Source: Octopus sinensis
Lineage: Eukaryota
NCBI RefSeq assembly: GCF_006345805.1
Contig: NC_043026.1
Span: forward strand, 124,001 to 188,000
Direction of reading: 5' to 3'
DNA: 64,000 nt
A program made the position numbers and the translations under genes. Shown here in pieces: positions 9,043-24,000 of this stretch. Under the pieces are notes generated by a model that ran no database searches, was not told the origin of the DNA, and saw nothing but the letters and a program-made list of their open reading frames with translations. How positions within the stretch are numbered: the stretch's first letter is position 1; each line of letters opens with the position of its first letter.

Positions 9043-12000
9043 TCATGTTGTTAGAGATCAGGTGCTGTTTGGAGATCTGATGTTGTTGGAGATCAGGTGC
9101 TGTTTGGAGATCTGATGTTGTTAGAGATCAAGTGCTGTTTGGAGATCAGATGTTGTTAGAGATCAGGTGGTGTTTGGATATCTCATGTTGTTAGAGATCA
9201 GGTGCTGTTTGGAGATCTGATGTTGTTAGAGATCAGGTGCTGTTTGGAGTTCAGATGTTGTTAGAGATCAGGTGCTGTTTGGAGATCAGATGTTGTTAGA
9301 GATCAGGTGCTGTTTGGATATCTCATGTTGTTAGAGATCAGGTGCTGTTTGGAGATCTGATGTTGTTAGAGATCAGGTGCTGTTTGGAGATCTGACGTTG
9401 TTAGAGATCAGATGCTGTTTGGAGATCTCATGTTGTTAGAGATCAGGTGCTGTTTGGAGATCTGCTGTTGTTAGAGATCAGGTGCTGTTTGGAGATCCGA
9501 TTTTGTTAGAGATCAGGTGCTGTTTGGAGATCAGATGTTGTTAGAGATCAGGTGCTGTTTGGAGATCTGATGTTGTTAGAGATCAGGTGCTGTTTGGAGA
9601 TCAGATGTTGTTAGAGATCAGTTGCTGTTTGGAGATCTGATGTTGTTAGAGATCAGGTGTTGTTTGGAGATCTCATGTTGTTAGAGATCAGGTGCGGTTT
9701 GGAGATCAGATGTTGTTAGAGATCAGGTGCTGTTTGGAGATCTGATGTTGTTAGAGATCAGGTGCTGTTTGGAGATCTCATCTCATGTTGTTAGAGATCA
9801 GGTGCTGTTTGGAGATCAGATGTTGTTAGAGATCATTGCTGTTTGGAGATCTGATGTTGTTAGAGATCAGGTGCTGTTTGGAGATCTGATGTTGTTAGAG
9901 ATCAGGTGTTTTTGGAGATCAGATGTTGTTAGAGATCAGGTGCTGTTTGGAGATCTGATGTTGTTAGAGATCAGGTGCTGTTTGGAGATCTGATGTTGTT
10001 AGAGATCAGGTGCTGTTTGGAGATCTGATGTTGTTAGAGATCAGGTGCTGTTTGGAGATCTGATGTTGTTAGAGATCAGGTGCTGTTTGGAGAGCTGATG
10101 TTGTTAGAGATCAGGTGCTGTTTGGAGATCTGATGTTTTAGAGATCAGGTGCTGTTTGGAGATCTGATGTTGTTAGAGATCAGGTGCTGTTTGGAGATCT
10201 GATGTTGTTGGAGATCAGGTGCTGTTTGGAGATCTGATGTTGTTAGAGATCAGGTGTTGTTTGGAGAGCTGATGTTGTTAGAGATCAGGTACTGTTTGGA
10301 GATCTGATGTTGTTGGAGATCAGGTGCTGTTTGGAGATCTGATGTTGTTGAGATCAGATGCTGTTTGGAGATCTGATGTTGTTAGAGATAGGTGCTGTTT
10401 GGAGATCAGCTGTTGTTAGAGATCAGGTGTTGTTTGGAGATCTGATGTTGTTAGAGATCAGGTGTTGTTTGGAGATCTCATGTTGTTAGAGATCAGGTGC
10501 TGTTTGGAGATCATGATGTTGTTAGAGATCAGGTGCTGTTTGGAGATCTGATGTTGTAGAGATCAGGTGCTGTTTGGAGATCTCATCTCATGTGTTAGAG
10601 ATCAGGTGCTGTTTGAGATCAGATGTTGTTAGAGATCAGGTGCTGTTTGGAGATCTGATGTTGTTAGAGATCAGGTGCTGTTTGGAGATCTGATGTTGTT
10701 AGAGATCAGGTGCTGTTTGGAGAGCTGATGTTGTTAGAGATCAGGTGCTGTTTGGAGATCTGATGTTGTTAGAGATCAGGTGCTGTTTGGAGATCTGATG
10801 TTGTTAGAGATCAGGTGCTGTTTGGAGATCTGATGTTGTTAGAGATCAGGTGCTGTTTGGAGATCTGATGTTGTTAGAGATCAGGTGCTGTTTGGAGATC
10901 TGATGTTGTTAGAGATCAGGTGCTGTTTGGAGATCTGATGTTGTTAGAGATCAGGTGCTGTTTGGAGATCTGATGTTGTTAGAGATCAGGTGTTGTTTGG
11001 AGATCTGATGTTGTTAGAGATCAGGTGCTGTTTGGAGAGCTGATGTTGTTAGAGATCAGGTGCTGTTTGGAGATCTGATGTTGTTGGAGATCAGGTGCTG
11101 TTTGGAGATCTGATGTTGTTGAAGATCAGGTGCTGTTTGGAGATCTGATGTTGTTAGAGATCAGGTGCTGTTTGGAGATCTGATGTTGTTAGAGATCAGG
11201 TGCTGTTTGGAGATCATGTTGTTAGAGATCAGGTGCTGTTTGGAGATCTGATGTTGTTAGAGATCAGGTGCTGTTTGGAGATCTGATGTTGTTAGAGATC
11301 AGGTGCTGTTTGGAGATCTGATGTTGTTAGAGATCAGGTGCTGTTTGGAGATCTGATGTTGTTAGAGATCAGGTGCTGTTTGGAGATCTGATGTTGTTAG
11401 AGATCAGGTGCTGTTTGGAGATCTGATGTTGTTAGAGATCAGGTGCTGTTTGGAGATCTGATGTTGTTAGAGATCAGGTGCTGTTTGGAGATCTGATGTT
11501 GTTAGAGATCAGGTGCTGTTTGGAGAGCTGATGTTGTTAGAGATCAGGTGCTGTTTGGAGATCTGATGTTGTTAGAGATCAGGTGCTGTTTGGAGATCTG
11601 ATGTTGTTAGAGATCAGGTGCTGTTTGGAGTTCTGATGTTGTTAGAGATCAGGTGCTGTTTGGAGATTCTGATGTTGTTACAGATCAGTTGCTGTTTGGA
11701 GATCTGATGTTGTTAGAGATCAGGTGTGTTTGGAGATCTCATGTTGTTAGAGATCAGGTGCTGTTTGGAGTTCTGATGTTGTTAGAGATCAGGTGCTGTT
11801 TGGAGATCAGATGTTGTTAGAGATCAGGTGCTGTTTGGAGATCTCATGTTGTTAGAGATCAGGTGCTGTTTGGAGATCTGATGTTGTTAGAGATCAGGTG
11901 CTGTTTGGAGATCTGATGTTGTTAGAGATCAGTGCTGTTTGGAGATCTCATGTTGTTAGAGATCAGGTGCTGTTTGGAGATCTGATGTTGTTAGAGATCA

Positions 12001-15000
12001 GGTGCTGTTTGGAGAGCTGATGTTGTTAGAGATCAGGTGCTGTTTGGAGATCTGATGTTGTTAGAGATCAGGTGCTGTTTGGAGATCTGATGTTGTTAGA
12101 GATCAGGTGCTGTTTGGAGATCTGATGTTGTTAGAGATCAGGTGCTGTTTGGAGATCTGATGTTGTTAGAGATCAGGTGCTGTTTGGAGATCTGATGTTG
12201 TTAGAGATCAGGTGCTGTTTGGAGATCAGATGTTGTTAGAGATCAGGTGCTGTTTGGAGATCTGATGTTGTTAGAGATCAGGTGCTGTTTGGAGATCTCA
12301 TCTCATGTGTTAGAGATCAGGTGCTGTTTGGAGATCAGATGTTGTTAGAGATCAGGTGCTGTTTGGAGATCTGATGTTGTTAGAGATCAGGTGCTGTTTG
12401 GAGATCTGATGTTGTTAGAGATCAGGTGTTGTTTGGAGATCAGATGTTGTTAGAGATCAGGTGCTGTTTGGAGATCTGATGTTGTTAGAGATCAGGTGCT
12501 GTTTGGAGATCTGATGTTGTTAGAGATCAGGTGCTGTTTGGAGATCTGATGTTGTTAGAGATCAGGTGCTGTTTGGAGATCTGATGTTGTTAGAGATCAG
12601 GTGCTGTTTGGAGATCTGATGTTGTTAGAGATCAGGTGCTGTTTGGAGAGCTGATGTTGTTAGAGATCAGGTGCTGTTTGGAGATCTGATGTTGTTAGAG
12701 ATCAGGTGCTGTTTGGAGATCTGATGTTGTTAGAGATCAGGTGCTGTTTGGAGAGCTGATGTTGTTAGAGATCAGGTGCTGTTTGGAGATCTGATGTTGT
12801 TAGAGATCAGGTGCTGTTTGGAGATCTGATGTTGTTAGAGATCAGGTGCTGTTTGGAGATCTGATGTTGTTGGAGATCAGGTGCTGTTTGGAGATCTGAT
12901 GTTGTTAGAGATCAGGTGTTGTTTGGAGAGCTGATGTTGTTAGAGATCAGGTACTGTTTGGAGATCTGATGTTGTTGGAGATCAGGTGCTGTTTGGAGAT
13001 CTGATGTTGTTGAAGATCAGGTGCTGTTTGGAGATCTGATGTTGTTAGAGATTAGGTGCTGTTTGGAGATCATGTTGTTAGAGATCAGGTGTTGTTTGGA
13101 GATCTGATGTTGTTAGAGATCAGGTGTTGTTTGGAGATCTCATGTTGTTAGAGATCAGGTGCTGTTTGGAGATCAGATGTTGTTAGAGATCAGGTGCTGT
13201 TTGGGGATCTGATGTTGTAGAGATCAGGTGCTGTTTGGAGATCTCATCTCATGTTGTTAGAGATCAGGTGCTGTTTCGAGATCAGATGTTGTTAGGATCA
13301 GGTGCTGTTTGGAGATCTGATGTTGTTAGAGATCAGGTGCTGTTTGGAGATCTGATGTTGTTAGAGATCAGGTGCTGTTTGGAGATCTGATGTTGTTAGA
13401 GATCAGGTGCTGTTTGGAGATCTGATGTTGTTAGAGATCAGGTGCAGTTTGGAGATCTGATGTTGTTAGAGATCAGGTGCTGTTTGGAGAGCTGATGTTG
13501 TTAGAGATCAGTGCTGTTTGGAGATCTGATGTTGTTAGAGATCAGGTGCTGTTTGGAGATCTGGTGTTGTTAGAGATCAGGTGCTGTTTGGAGATCTGAT
13601 GTTGTTGGAGATCAGGTGCTGTTTGGAGATCTGATGTTGTTAGAGATCAGGTGTTGTTTGGAGAGCTGATGTTGTTAGAGATCAGGTGCTGTTTGGAGAG
13701 CTAATGTTGTTAGAGATCAGGTACTGTTTGGAGATCTGATGTTGTTGGAGATCAGGTGCTGTTTGGAGATCTGATGTTGTTGAAGATCAGGTGCTGTTTG
13801 GAGATCTGATGTTGTTAGAGATCAGGTGCTGTTTGGAGATCTCATGTTGTTAGAGATCAGGTGCTGTTTGGAGATCAGATGTTGTTAGAGATCAGGTGCT
13901 GTTTGGAGATCTGATGTTGTTAGAGATCAGGAGCTGTTTGGAGATCTGATGTTGTTAGAGATCAGGTGTTGTTTGGAGATCAGATGTTGTTAGAGATCAG
14001 GTGCTGTTTGGAGATCTGATGTTGTTAGAGATCAGGTGCTGTTTGGAGATCTGATGTTGTTAGAGATCAGGTGCTGTTTGGAGATCTGATGTTGTTAGAG
14101 ATCAGGTGCTGTTTGGAGATCTGATGTTGTTAGAGATCAGGTGCTGTTTGGAGATCTGATGTTGTTAGAGATCAGGTGATGTTTGGAGAGCTGATGTTGT
14201 TACAGATCAGGTGCTGTTGGAGATCTGATGTTGTTAGAGATCAGGTGCTGTTTGGAGAGCTGATGTTGTTAGAGATCAGGTGCTGTTTGGGAGTTCTGAT
14301 GTTGTTAGAGATCAGGTGCTGTTTGGAGATTTGATGTTGTTACAGATCAGTTGCTGTTTGGAGATCTGATGTTGTTAGAGATCAGGTGTTGTTTGGAGAT
14401 CTCATGTTGTTAGAGATCAGGTGCTGTTTGGAGATCAGATGTTGTTAGAGATCAGGTGCTGTTTGGAGATCTGATGTTGTTAGAGATCAGGTGCTGTTTG
14501 GAGATCTCATCTCATGTTGTTAGAGATCAGGTGCTGTTTGGAGATCAGATGTTGTTAGAGATCAGGTGCTGTTTGGAGATCTGATGTTGTTAGAGATCAG
14601 GTGTTGTTTGGAGATCTGATGTTGTTAGAGATCAGGTGTTGTTTGGAGATCAGATGTTGTTAGAGATCAGGTGCTGTTTGGAGATCTGATGTTGTTAGAG
14701 ATCAGGTGCTGTTTGGAGATCTGATGTTGTTAGAGATCAGGTGCTGTTTGGAGATCTGATGTTGTTAGAGATCAGGTGCTGTTTGGAGATCTGATGTTGT
14801 TAGAGATCAGGTGCTGTTTGGAGATCTCATGTTGTTAGAGATCAGGTGCTGTTTGGAGAGCTGATGTTGTTAGAGATCAGGTGCTGTTTGGAGATCTGAT
14901 GTTGTTAGAGATCAGGTGCTGTTTGGAGAGCTGATGTTGTTAGAGATCAGGTGCTGTTTGGAGATCTGATGTTGTTAGAGATCAGGTGCTGTTTGGAGAT

Positions 15001-18000
15001 TGATGTTGTTAGAGATCAGGTGCTGTTTGGAGAGCTGATGTTGTTAGAGATCAGGTGCTGTTTGGAGATCTGATGTTGTTAGAGATCAGGTGCTGTTTGG
15101 AGATCTGATGTTGTTAGAGATCAGATGCTGTTTGGAGATCTGATGTTGTTGGAGATCAGGTGCTGTTTGGAGATCTGATGTTGTTAGAGATCAGGTGCTG
15201 TTTGGAGAGCTGATGTTGTTAGAGATCAGGTGCTGTTTGGAGAGCTGATGTTGTTAGAGATCAGGTACGTTTGGAGATCTGATGTTGTTGGAGATCAGGT
15301 GCTGTTTGGAGATCTGATGTTGTTGAAGATCAGGTGCTGTTTGGAGATCTGATGTTGTTAGAGATCAGGTGCTGTTTGGAGATCAGATGTTGTTAGAGAT
15401 CAGGTGTTGTTTGGAGATCTGATGTTGTTAGAGATCAGGTGCTGTTTGGAGAGCTGATGTTGTTAGAGATCAGGTGCTGTTTGGAGATCTCATCTCATGT
15501 TGTTAGAGATCAGGTGCTGTTTGGAGATCAGATGTTGTTAGAGATCAGGTGCTGTTTGGAGATCTGATGTTGTTAGAGATCAGGTGCTGTTTGGAGATCT
15601 GATGTTGTTAGAGATCAGGTGTTGTTTGGAGATCAGATGTTGTTAGAGATCAGGTGTTGTTTGGAGATCTGATGTTGTTAGAGATCAGGTGCTGTTTGGA
15701 GATCAGATGTTGTTAGAGATCAGGTGCTGTTTGGAGATCTGATGTTGTTAGAGATCAGGTGCTGTTTGGAGATCTCATCTCATGTTGTTAGAGACCAGGT
15801 GCTGTTTGGAGATCTGATGTTGTTAGAGATCAGGTGCTGTTTGGAGATCTGATGTTGTTAGAGATCAGGTGCTGTTTGGAGATCTGATGTTGTTGGAGAT
15901 CAGGTGCTGTTTGGAGATCTGATGTTGTTAGAGATCAGGTGTTGTTTGGAGAGCTGATGTTGTTAGAGATCAGGTACTGTTTGGAGATCTGATGTTGTTG
16001 GAGATCAGGTGCTGTTTGGAGATCTGATGTTGTTGAAGATCAGATGCTGTTTGGAGATCTGATGTTGTTAGAGATTAGGTGCTGTTTGGAGATCAGCTGT
16101 TGTTAGAGATCAGGTGTTGTTTGGAGATCTGATGTTGTTAGAGATCAGGTGTTGTTTGGAGATCTCATGTTGTTAGAGATCAGGTGCTGTTTGGAGATCA
16201 GATGTTGTTAGAGATCAGGTGCTGTTTGGGGATCTGATGTTGGTAGAGATCAGGTGCTGTTTGGAGATCTCATCTCATGTTGTTAGAGATCAGGTGCTGT
16301 TTCGAGATCAGATGTTGTTAGAGATCAGGTGCTGTTTGGAGATCTGATGTTGTTAGAGATCAGGTGCTGTTTGGAGATCTGATGTTGTTAGAGATCAGGT
16401 GCTGTTTGGAGAGCTGATGTTGTTAGAGATCAGGTGCTGTTTGGAGATCTGATGTTGTTAGAGATCAGGTGCAGTTTGGAGATCTGATGTTGTTAGAGAT
16501 CAGGTGCTGTTTGGAGAGCTGATGTTGTTAGAGATCAGGTGCTGTTTGGAGATCTGATGTTGTTAGAGATCAGGTGCTGTTTGGAGATCTGGTGTTGTTA
16601 GAGATCAGGTGCTGTTTGGAGATCTGATGTTGTTGGAGATCAGGTGCTGTTTGGAGATCTGATGTTGTTAGAGATCAGGTGTTGTTTGGAGAGCTGATGT
16701 TGTTAGAGATCAGGTGCTGTTTGGAGAGCTATGTTGTTAGAGATCAGGTACTGTTTGGAGATCTGATGTTGTTGGAGATCAGGTGCTGTTTGGAGATCTG
16801 ATGTTGTTGAAGATCAGGTGCTGTTTGGAGATCTGATGTTGTTAGAGATCAGGTGTTGTTTGGAGATCTCATGTTGTTAGAGATCAGGTGCTGTTTGGAG
16901 ATCAGATGTTGTTAGAGATCAGGTGCTGTTTGGAGATCTGATGTTGTTAGAGATCAGGTGCTGTTTGGAGATCTGATGTTGTTAGAGATCAGGTGTTGTT
17001 TGGAGATCAGATGTTGTTAGAGATCAGGTGCTGTTTGGAGATCTGATGTTGTTAGAGATCAGGTGCTGTTTGGAGATCTGATGTTGTTAGAGATCAGGTG
17101 CTGTTTGGAGATCTGATGTTGTTAGAGATCAGGTGCTGTTTGGAGATCTGATGTTGTTAGAGATCAGGTGCTGTTTGGAGATCTGATGTTGTTAGAGATC
17201 AGGTGCTGTTTGGAGAGCTGATGTTGTTACAGATCAGGTGCTGTTTGGAGATCTGATGTTGTTAGAGATCAGGTGCTGTTTGGAGAGCTGATGTTGTTAG
17301 AGATCAGGTGCTGTTGGAGTTCTGATGTTGTTAGAGATCAGGTGCTGTTTGGAGATTTGATGTTGTTACAGATCAGTTGCTGTTTGGAGATCTGATGTTG
17401 TTAGAGATCAGGTGTTGTTTGGAGATCTCATGTTGTTAGAGATCAGGTGCTGTTTGGAGATCAGATGTTGTTAGAGATCAGGTGCTGTTTGGAGATCTGA
17501 TGTTGTTAGAGATCAGGTGCTGTTTGGAGATCTCATCTCATGTTGTTAGAGATCAGGTGCTGTTTGGAGATCTGATGTTGTTAGAGATCAGGTGCTGTTT
17601 GGAGATCTGATGTTGTTAGAGATCAGGTGTTGTTTGGAGATCTGATGTTGTTAGAGATCAGGTGTTGTTTGGAGATCAGATGTTGTTAGAGATCAGGTGC
17701 TGTTTGGAGATCTGATGTTGTTAGAGATCAGGTGCTGTTTGGAGATCTGATGTTGTTAGAGATCAGGTGCTGTTTGGAGATCTGATGTTGTTAGAGATCA
17801 GGTGCTGTTTGGAGATCTGATGTTGTTAGAGATCAGGTGCTGTTTGGAGATCTCATGTTGTTAGAGATCAGGTGCTGTTTGGAGAGCTGATGTTGTTAGA
17901 GATCAGGTGCTGTTTGGAGATCTGATGTTGTTAGAGATCAGGTGCTGTTTGGAGAGCTGATGTTGTTAGAGATCAGGTGCTGTTTGGAGATCTGATGTTG

Positions 18001-21000
18001 TTAGAGATCAGGTGCTGTTTGGAGATTTGATGTTGTTAGAGATCAGGTGCTGTTTGGAGAGCTGATGTTGTTAGAGATCAGGTGCTGTTTGGAGTCTGAT
18101 GTTGTTAGAGATCAGGTGCTGTTTGGAGATCTGATGTTGTTAGAGATCAGATGCTGTTTGGAGATCTGATGTTGTTGGAGATCAGGTGCTGTTTGGAGAT
18201 CTGATGTTGTTAGAGATCAGGTGTTGTTTGGAGATCTGATGTTGTTAGAGATCAGGTGCTGTTTGGAGATCTGATGTTGTTAGAGATCAGGTGCTGTTTG
18301 GAGATCTGATGTTGTTGGAGATCAGGTGCTGTTTGGAGATCTGATGTTGTTGAGATCAGGTGCTGTTTGGAGATCTGATGTTGTTAGAGATCAGGTGCTG
18401 TTTGGAGATCAGATGTTGTTAGAGATCAGGTGCTGTTTGGAGATCTGATGTTGTTAGAGATCAGGTGCTGTTTGGAGAGCTGATGTTGTTAGAGATCAGG
18501 TGCTGTTTGGAGATCTCATCTCATGTTGTTAGAGATCAGGTGCTGTTTGGAGATCAGATGTTGTTAGAGATCAGGTGCTGTTTGGAGATCTGATGTTGTT
18601 AGAGATCAGGTGCTGTTTGGAGATCTGATGTTGTTAGAGATCAGGTGTTGTTTGGAGATCTGATGTTGTTAGAGATCAGGTGCTGTTTGGAGATCTGATG
18701 TTGTTAGAGATCAGGTGCTGTTTGGAGATCTGATGTTGTTAGAGATCAGGTGCTGTTTGGAGATCTGATGTTGTTAGAGATCAGTGCTGTTTGGAGATCT
18801 GATGTTGTTAGAGATCAGGTGCTGTTTGGAGATCTGATGTTGTTAGAGATCAGGTGCTGTTTGGAGATCTGATGTTGTTAGAGATCAGGTGCTGTTTGGA
18901 GATCTGATGTTTGTTAGAGATCAGGTGCTGTTTGGAGATCTGATGTTGTTAGAGATCAGGTGCTGTTTGGAGAGCTGATGTTGTTAGAGATCAGGTGCTG
19001 TTTGGAGATCTGATGTTGTTAGAGATCAGGTGCTGTTTGGAGATCTGATGTTGTAGAGATCAGGTGCTGTTTGGAGATCTGATGTTGTTAGAGATCAGGT
19101 GCTGTTTGGAGATCTGATGTTGTTAGAGATCAGGTGTTGTTTGGAGATCTGATGTTGTTAGAGATCAGGTCTGTTTGGAGATCTGATGTTGTTAGAGATC
19201 AGGTGCTGTTTGGAGATCTGATGTTGTTAGAGATCAGGTGCTGTTTGGAGATCTGATGTTGTTAGAGATCAGGTGCTGTTTGGAGATCTGATGTTGTTAG
19301 AGATCAGGTGTGCTGTTTGGAGATCTGATGTTGTTAGAGATCAGGTGCTGTTTGGAGATCTGATGTTGTTAGAGATCAGGTGCTGTTTGGAGATCAGATG
19401 TTGTTAGAGATCAGGTGCTGTTTGGGATCTGATGTTGTTAGAGATCAGGTGCTGTTTGGAGATCTCATCTCATGTTGTTAGAGATCAGGTGCTGTTTGGA
19501 GATCTGATGTTGTTAGAGATCAGGTGCTGTTTGGAGATCTGATGTTGTTAGAGATCAGGTGCTGTTTGGAGATCTGATGTTGTTAGAGATCAGGTGCTGT
19601 TTGGAGATCTGATGTTGTTAGAGATCAGGTGCTGTTTGGAGATCTGATGTTGTTAGAGATCAGGTGCTGTTTGGAGATCTGATGTTGTTAGAGATCAGGT
19701 GCTGTTTGGAGAGCTGATGTTGTTAGAGATCAGGTGCTGTTTGGAGATCTGATGTTGTTAGAGATCAGGTGCTGTTTGGAGATCTGATGTTGTTAGAGAT
19801 CAGGTGCTGTTTGGAGATCTGATGTTGTTAGAGATCAGGTGCTGTTTGGAGATCTCATCTCATGTTGTTAGAGATCAGGTGCTGTTTGGAGATCAGATGT
19901 TGTTAGAGATCAGGTGCTGTTTGGAGATCTGATGTTGTTAGAGATCAGGTGCTGTTTGGAGATCTGATGTTGTTAGAGATCAGGTGTTGTTTGGAGATCA
20001 GATGTTGTTAGAGATCAGGTGCTGTTTGGAGATCTGATGTTGTTAGAGATCAGGTGCTGTTTGGAGATCTGATGTTGTTAGAGATCAGGTGCTGTTTGGA
20101 GATCTGATGTTGTTAGAGATCAGGTGCTGTTTGGAGATCTGATGTTGTTAGAGATCAGGTGCTGTTTGGAGATCTGATGTTGTTAGAGATCAGGTGCTGT
20201 TTGGAGATCTGGTGTTGTTAGAGATCAGGTGCTGTTTGGAGATCTGATGTTGTTAGAGATCAGGTGCTGTTTGGAGATCTGATGTTGTTAGAGATCAGGT
20301 GTTGTTTGGAGAGCTGATGTTGTTAGAGATCAGGTGCTGTTTGGAGATCTGATGTTGTTAGAGATCAGGTGCTGTTTGGAGATCTGATGTTGTTGGAGAT
20401 CAGGTGCTGTTTGGAGATCTGATGTTGTTGAGATCAGGTGCTGTTTGGAGATCTGATGTTGTTAGAGATCAGGTGCTGTTTGGAGATCTCATGTTGTTAG
20501 AGATCAGGTGCTGTTTGGAGATCAGATGTTGTTAGAGATCAGGTGCTGTTTGGAGATCTGATGTTGTTAGAGATCAGGTGCTGTTTGGAGATCTGATGTT
20601 GTTAGAGATCAGGTGTTGTTTGGAGATCAGATGTTGTTAGAGATCAGGTGCTGTTTGGAGATCTGATGTTGTTAGAGATCAGGTGCTGTTTGGAGATCTG
20701 ATGTTGTTAGAGATCAGGTGCTGTTTGGAGATCTGATGTTGTTAGAGATCAGGTGCTGTTTGGAGATCTGATGTTGTTAGAGATCAGGTGCTGTTTGGGG
20801 ATCTGATGTTGTTAGAGATCAGGTGCTGTTTGGAGATCTGATGTTGTTAGAGATCAGGTGCTGTTTGGAGATCTGATGTTGTTAGAGATCAGGTGCTGTT
20901 TGGAGAGCTGATGTTGTTAGAGATCAGGTGCTGTTTGGAGTTCTGATGTTGTTAGAGATCAGGTGCTGTTTGGAGATTTGATGTTGTTACAGATCAGTTG

Positions 21001-24000
21001 CTGTTTGGAGATCTGATGTTGTTAGAGATCAGGTGCTGTTTGGAGATCTCATGTTGTTAGAGATCAGGTGCTGTTTGGAGATCTGATGTTGTTAGAGATC
21101 AGGTGCTGTTTGGAGATCTGATGTTGTTAGAGATCAGGTGCTGTTTGGAGATCTCATCTCATGTTGTTAGAGATCAGGTGCTGTTTGGAGATCAGATGTT
21201 GTTAGAGATCAGGTGCTGTTTGGAGATCTGATGTTGTTAGAGATCAGGTGCTGTTTGGAGATCTGATGTTGTTAGAGATCAGGTGTTGTTTGGAGATCAG
21301 ATGTTGTTAGAGATCAGGTGCTGTTTGGAGATCTGATGTTGTTAGAGATCAGGTGCTGTTTGGAGATCTGATGTTGTTAGAGATCAGGTGCTGTTTGGAG
21401 ATCTGATGTTGTTAGAGATCAGGTGCTGTTTGGAGATCTGATGTTGTTAGAGATCAGGTGCTGTTTGGAGATCTCATGTTGTTAGAGATCAGGTGCTGTT
21501 TGGAGATCTGATGTTGTTAGAGATCAGGTGCTGTTTGGAGATCTGATGTTGTTAGAGATCAGGTGCTGTTTGGAGATCTGATGTTGTTAGAGATCAGGTG
21601 CTGTTTGAGATCTGATGTTGTTAGAGATCAGGTGCTGTTTGGAGATCTGATGTTGTTAGAGATCAGGTGCTGTTTGGAGAGCTGATGTTGTTAGAGATCA
21701 GGTGCTGTTTGGAGATCTGATGTTGTTAGAGATCAGGGCTGTTTGGAGATCTGATGTTGTTAGAGATCAGATGCTGTTTGGAGATCTGATGTTGTTAGAG
21801 ATCAGGTGCTGTTTGGAGATCTGATGTTGTTAGAGATCAGGTGCTGTTTGGAGATCTGATGTTGTTAGAGATCAGGTGCTGTTTGGAGATCTGATGTTGT
21901 TAGAGATCAGGTGCTGTTTGGAGATCTGATGTTGTTAGAGATCAGGTGCTGTTTGGAGATCTGATGTTGTTAGAGATCAGGTGCTGTTTGGAGATCTGAT
22001 GTTGTTAGAGATCAGGTGCTGTTTGGAGATCTGATGTTGTTAGAGATCAGGTGCTGTTTGGAGATCTGATGTTGTTAGAGATCAGGTGCTGTTTGGAGAT
22101 CTGATGTTGTTAGAGATCAGGTGCTGTTTGGAGATCTGATGTTGTTAGAGATCAGGTGCTGTTTGGAGAGCTGATGTTGTTAGAGATCAGGTGCTGTTTG
22201 GAGATCTCATCTCATGTTGTTAGAGATCAGGTGCTGTTTGGAGATCAGATGTTGTTAGAGATCAGGTGCTGTTTGGAGATCTGATGTTGTTAGAGATCAG
22301 GTGCTGTTTGGAGATCTGATGTTGTTAGAGATCAGGTGTTGTTTGGAGATCTGATGTTGTTAGAGATCAGGTGTTGTTTGGAGATCTCATGTTGTTAGAG
22401 ATCAGGTGCTGTTTGGAGATCAGATGTTGTTAGAGATCAGGTGCTGTTTGGAGATCTGATGTTGTTAGAGATCAGGTGCTGTTTGGAGATCTCATCTCAT
22501 GTTGTTAGAGATCAGGTGCTGTTTGGAGATCTGATGTTGTTAGAGATCAGGTGCTGTTTGGAGATCTGATGTTGTTAGAGATCAGGTGCTGTTTGGAGAT
22601 CTGATGTTGTTGGAGATCAGGTGCTGTTTGGAGATCTGATGTTGTTAGAGATCAGGTGTTGTTTGGAGAGCTGATGTTGTTAGAGATCAGGTACTGTTTG
22701 GAGATCTGATGTTGTTGGAGATCAGGTGCTGTTTGGAGATCTGATGTTGTTGAAGATCAGATGCTGTTTGGAGATCTGATGTTGTTAGAGATTAGGTGCT
22801 GTTTGGAGATCAGCTGTTGGTTAGAGATCAGGTGTTGTTTGGAGATCTGATGTTGTTAGAGATCAGGTGTTGTTTGGAGATCTCATGTTGTTAGAGATCA
22901 GGTGCTGTTTGGAGATCTGATGTTGTTAGAGATCAGGTGCTGTTTGGGGATCTGATGTTGGTTAGAGATCAGGTGCTGTTTGGAGATCTCATCTCATGTT
23001 GTTAGAGATCAGGTGCTGTTTCGAGATCAGATGTTGTTAGAGATCAGGTGCTGTTTGGAGATCTGATGTTGTTAGAGATCAGGTGCTGTTTGGAGATCTG
23101 ATGTTGTTAGAGATCAGGTGCTGTTTGGAGAGCTGATGTTGTTAGAGATCAGGTGCTGTTTGGAGATCTGATGTTGTTAGAGATCAGGTGCAGTTTGGAG
23201 ATCTGATGTTGTTAGAGATCAGGTGCTGTTTGGAGAGCTGATGTTGTTAGAGATCAGGTGCTGTTTGGAGATCTGATGTTGTTAGAGATCAGGTGCTGTT
23301 TGGAGATCTGTGTTGTTAGAGATCAGGTGCTGTTTGGAGATCTGATGTTGTTAGAGATCAGGTGCTGTTTGGAGATCTGATGTTGTTAGAGATCAGGTGT
23401 TGTTTGGAGAGCTGATGTTGTTAGAGATCAGGTGCTGTTTGGAGAGCTAATGTTGTTAGAGATCAGGTACTGTTTGGAGATCTGATGTTGTTGGAGATCA
23501 GGTGCTGTTTGGAGATCTGATGTTGTTGAGATCAGGTGCTGTTTGGAGATCTGATGTTGTTAGAGATCAGGTGTTGTTTGGAGATCAGATGTTGTTAGAG
23601 ATCAGGTGCTGTTTGGAGATCTGATGTTGTTAGAGATCAGGTGCTGTTTGGAGATCTGATGTTGTTAGAGATCAGGTGCTGTTTGGAGATCTGATGTTGT
23701 TAGAGATCAGGTGCTGTTTGGAGATCTGATGTTGTTAGAGATCAGGTGCTGTTTGGAGATCTGATGTTGTTAGAGATCAGGTGCTGTTTGGAGATCTGAT
23801 GTTGTTACAGATCAGGTGCTGTTTGGAGATCTGATGTTGTTAGAGATCAGGTGCTGTTTGGAGAGCTGATGTTGTTAGAGATCAGGTGCTGTTTGGAGTT
23901 CTGATGTTGTTAGAGATCAGGTGCTGTTTGGAGATTTGATGTTGTTAGAGATCAGTTGCTGTTTGGAGATCTGATGTTGTTAGAGATCAGGTGTTGTTTG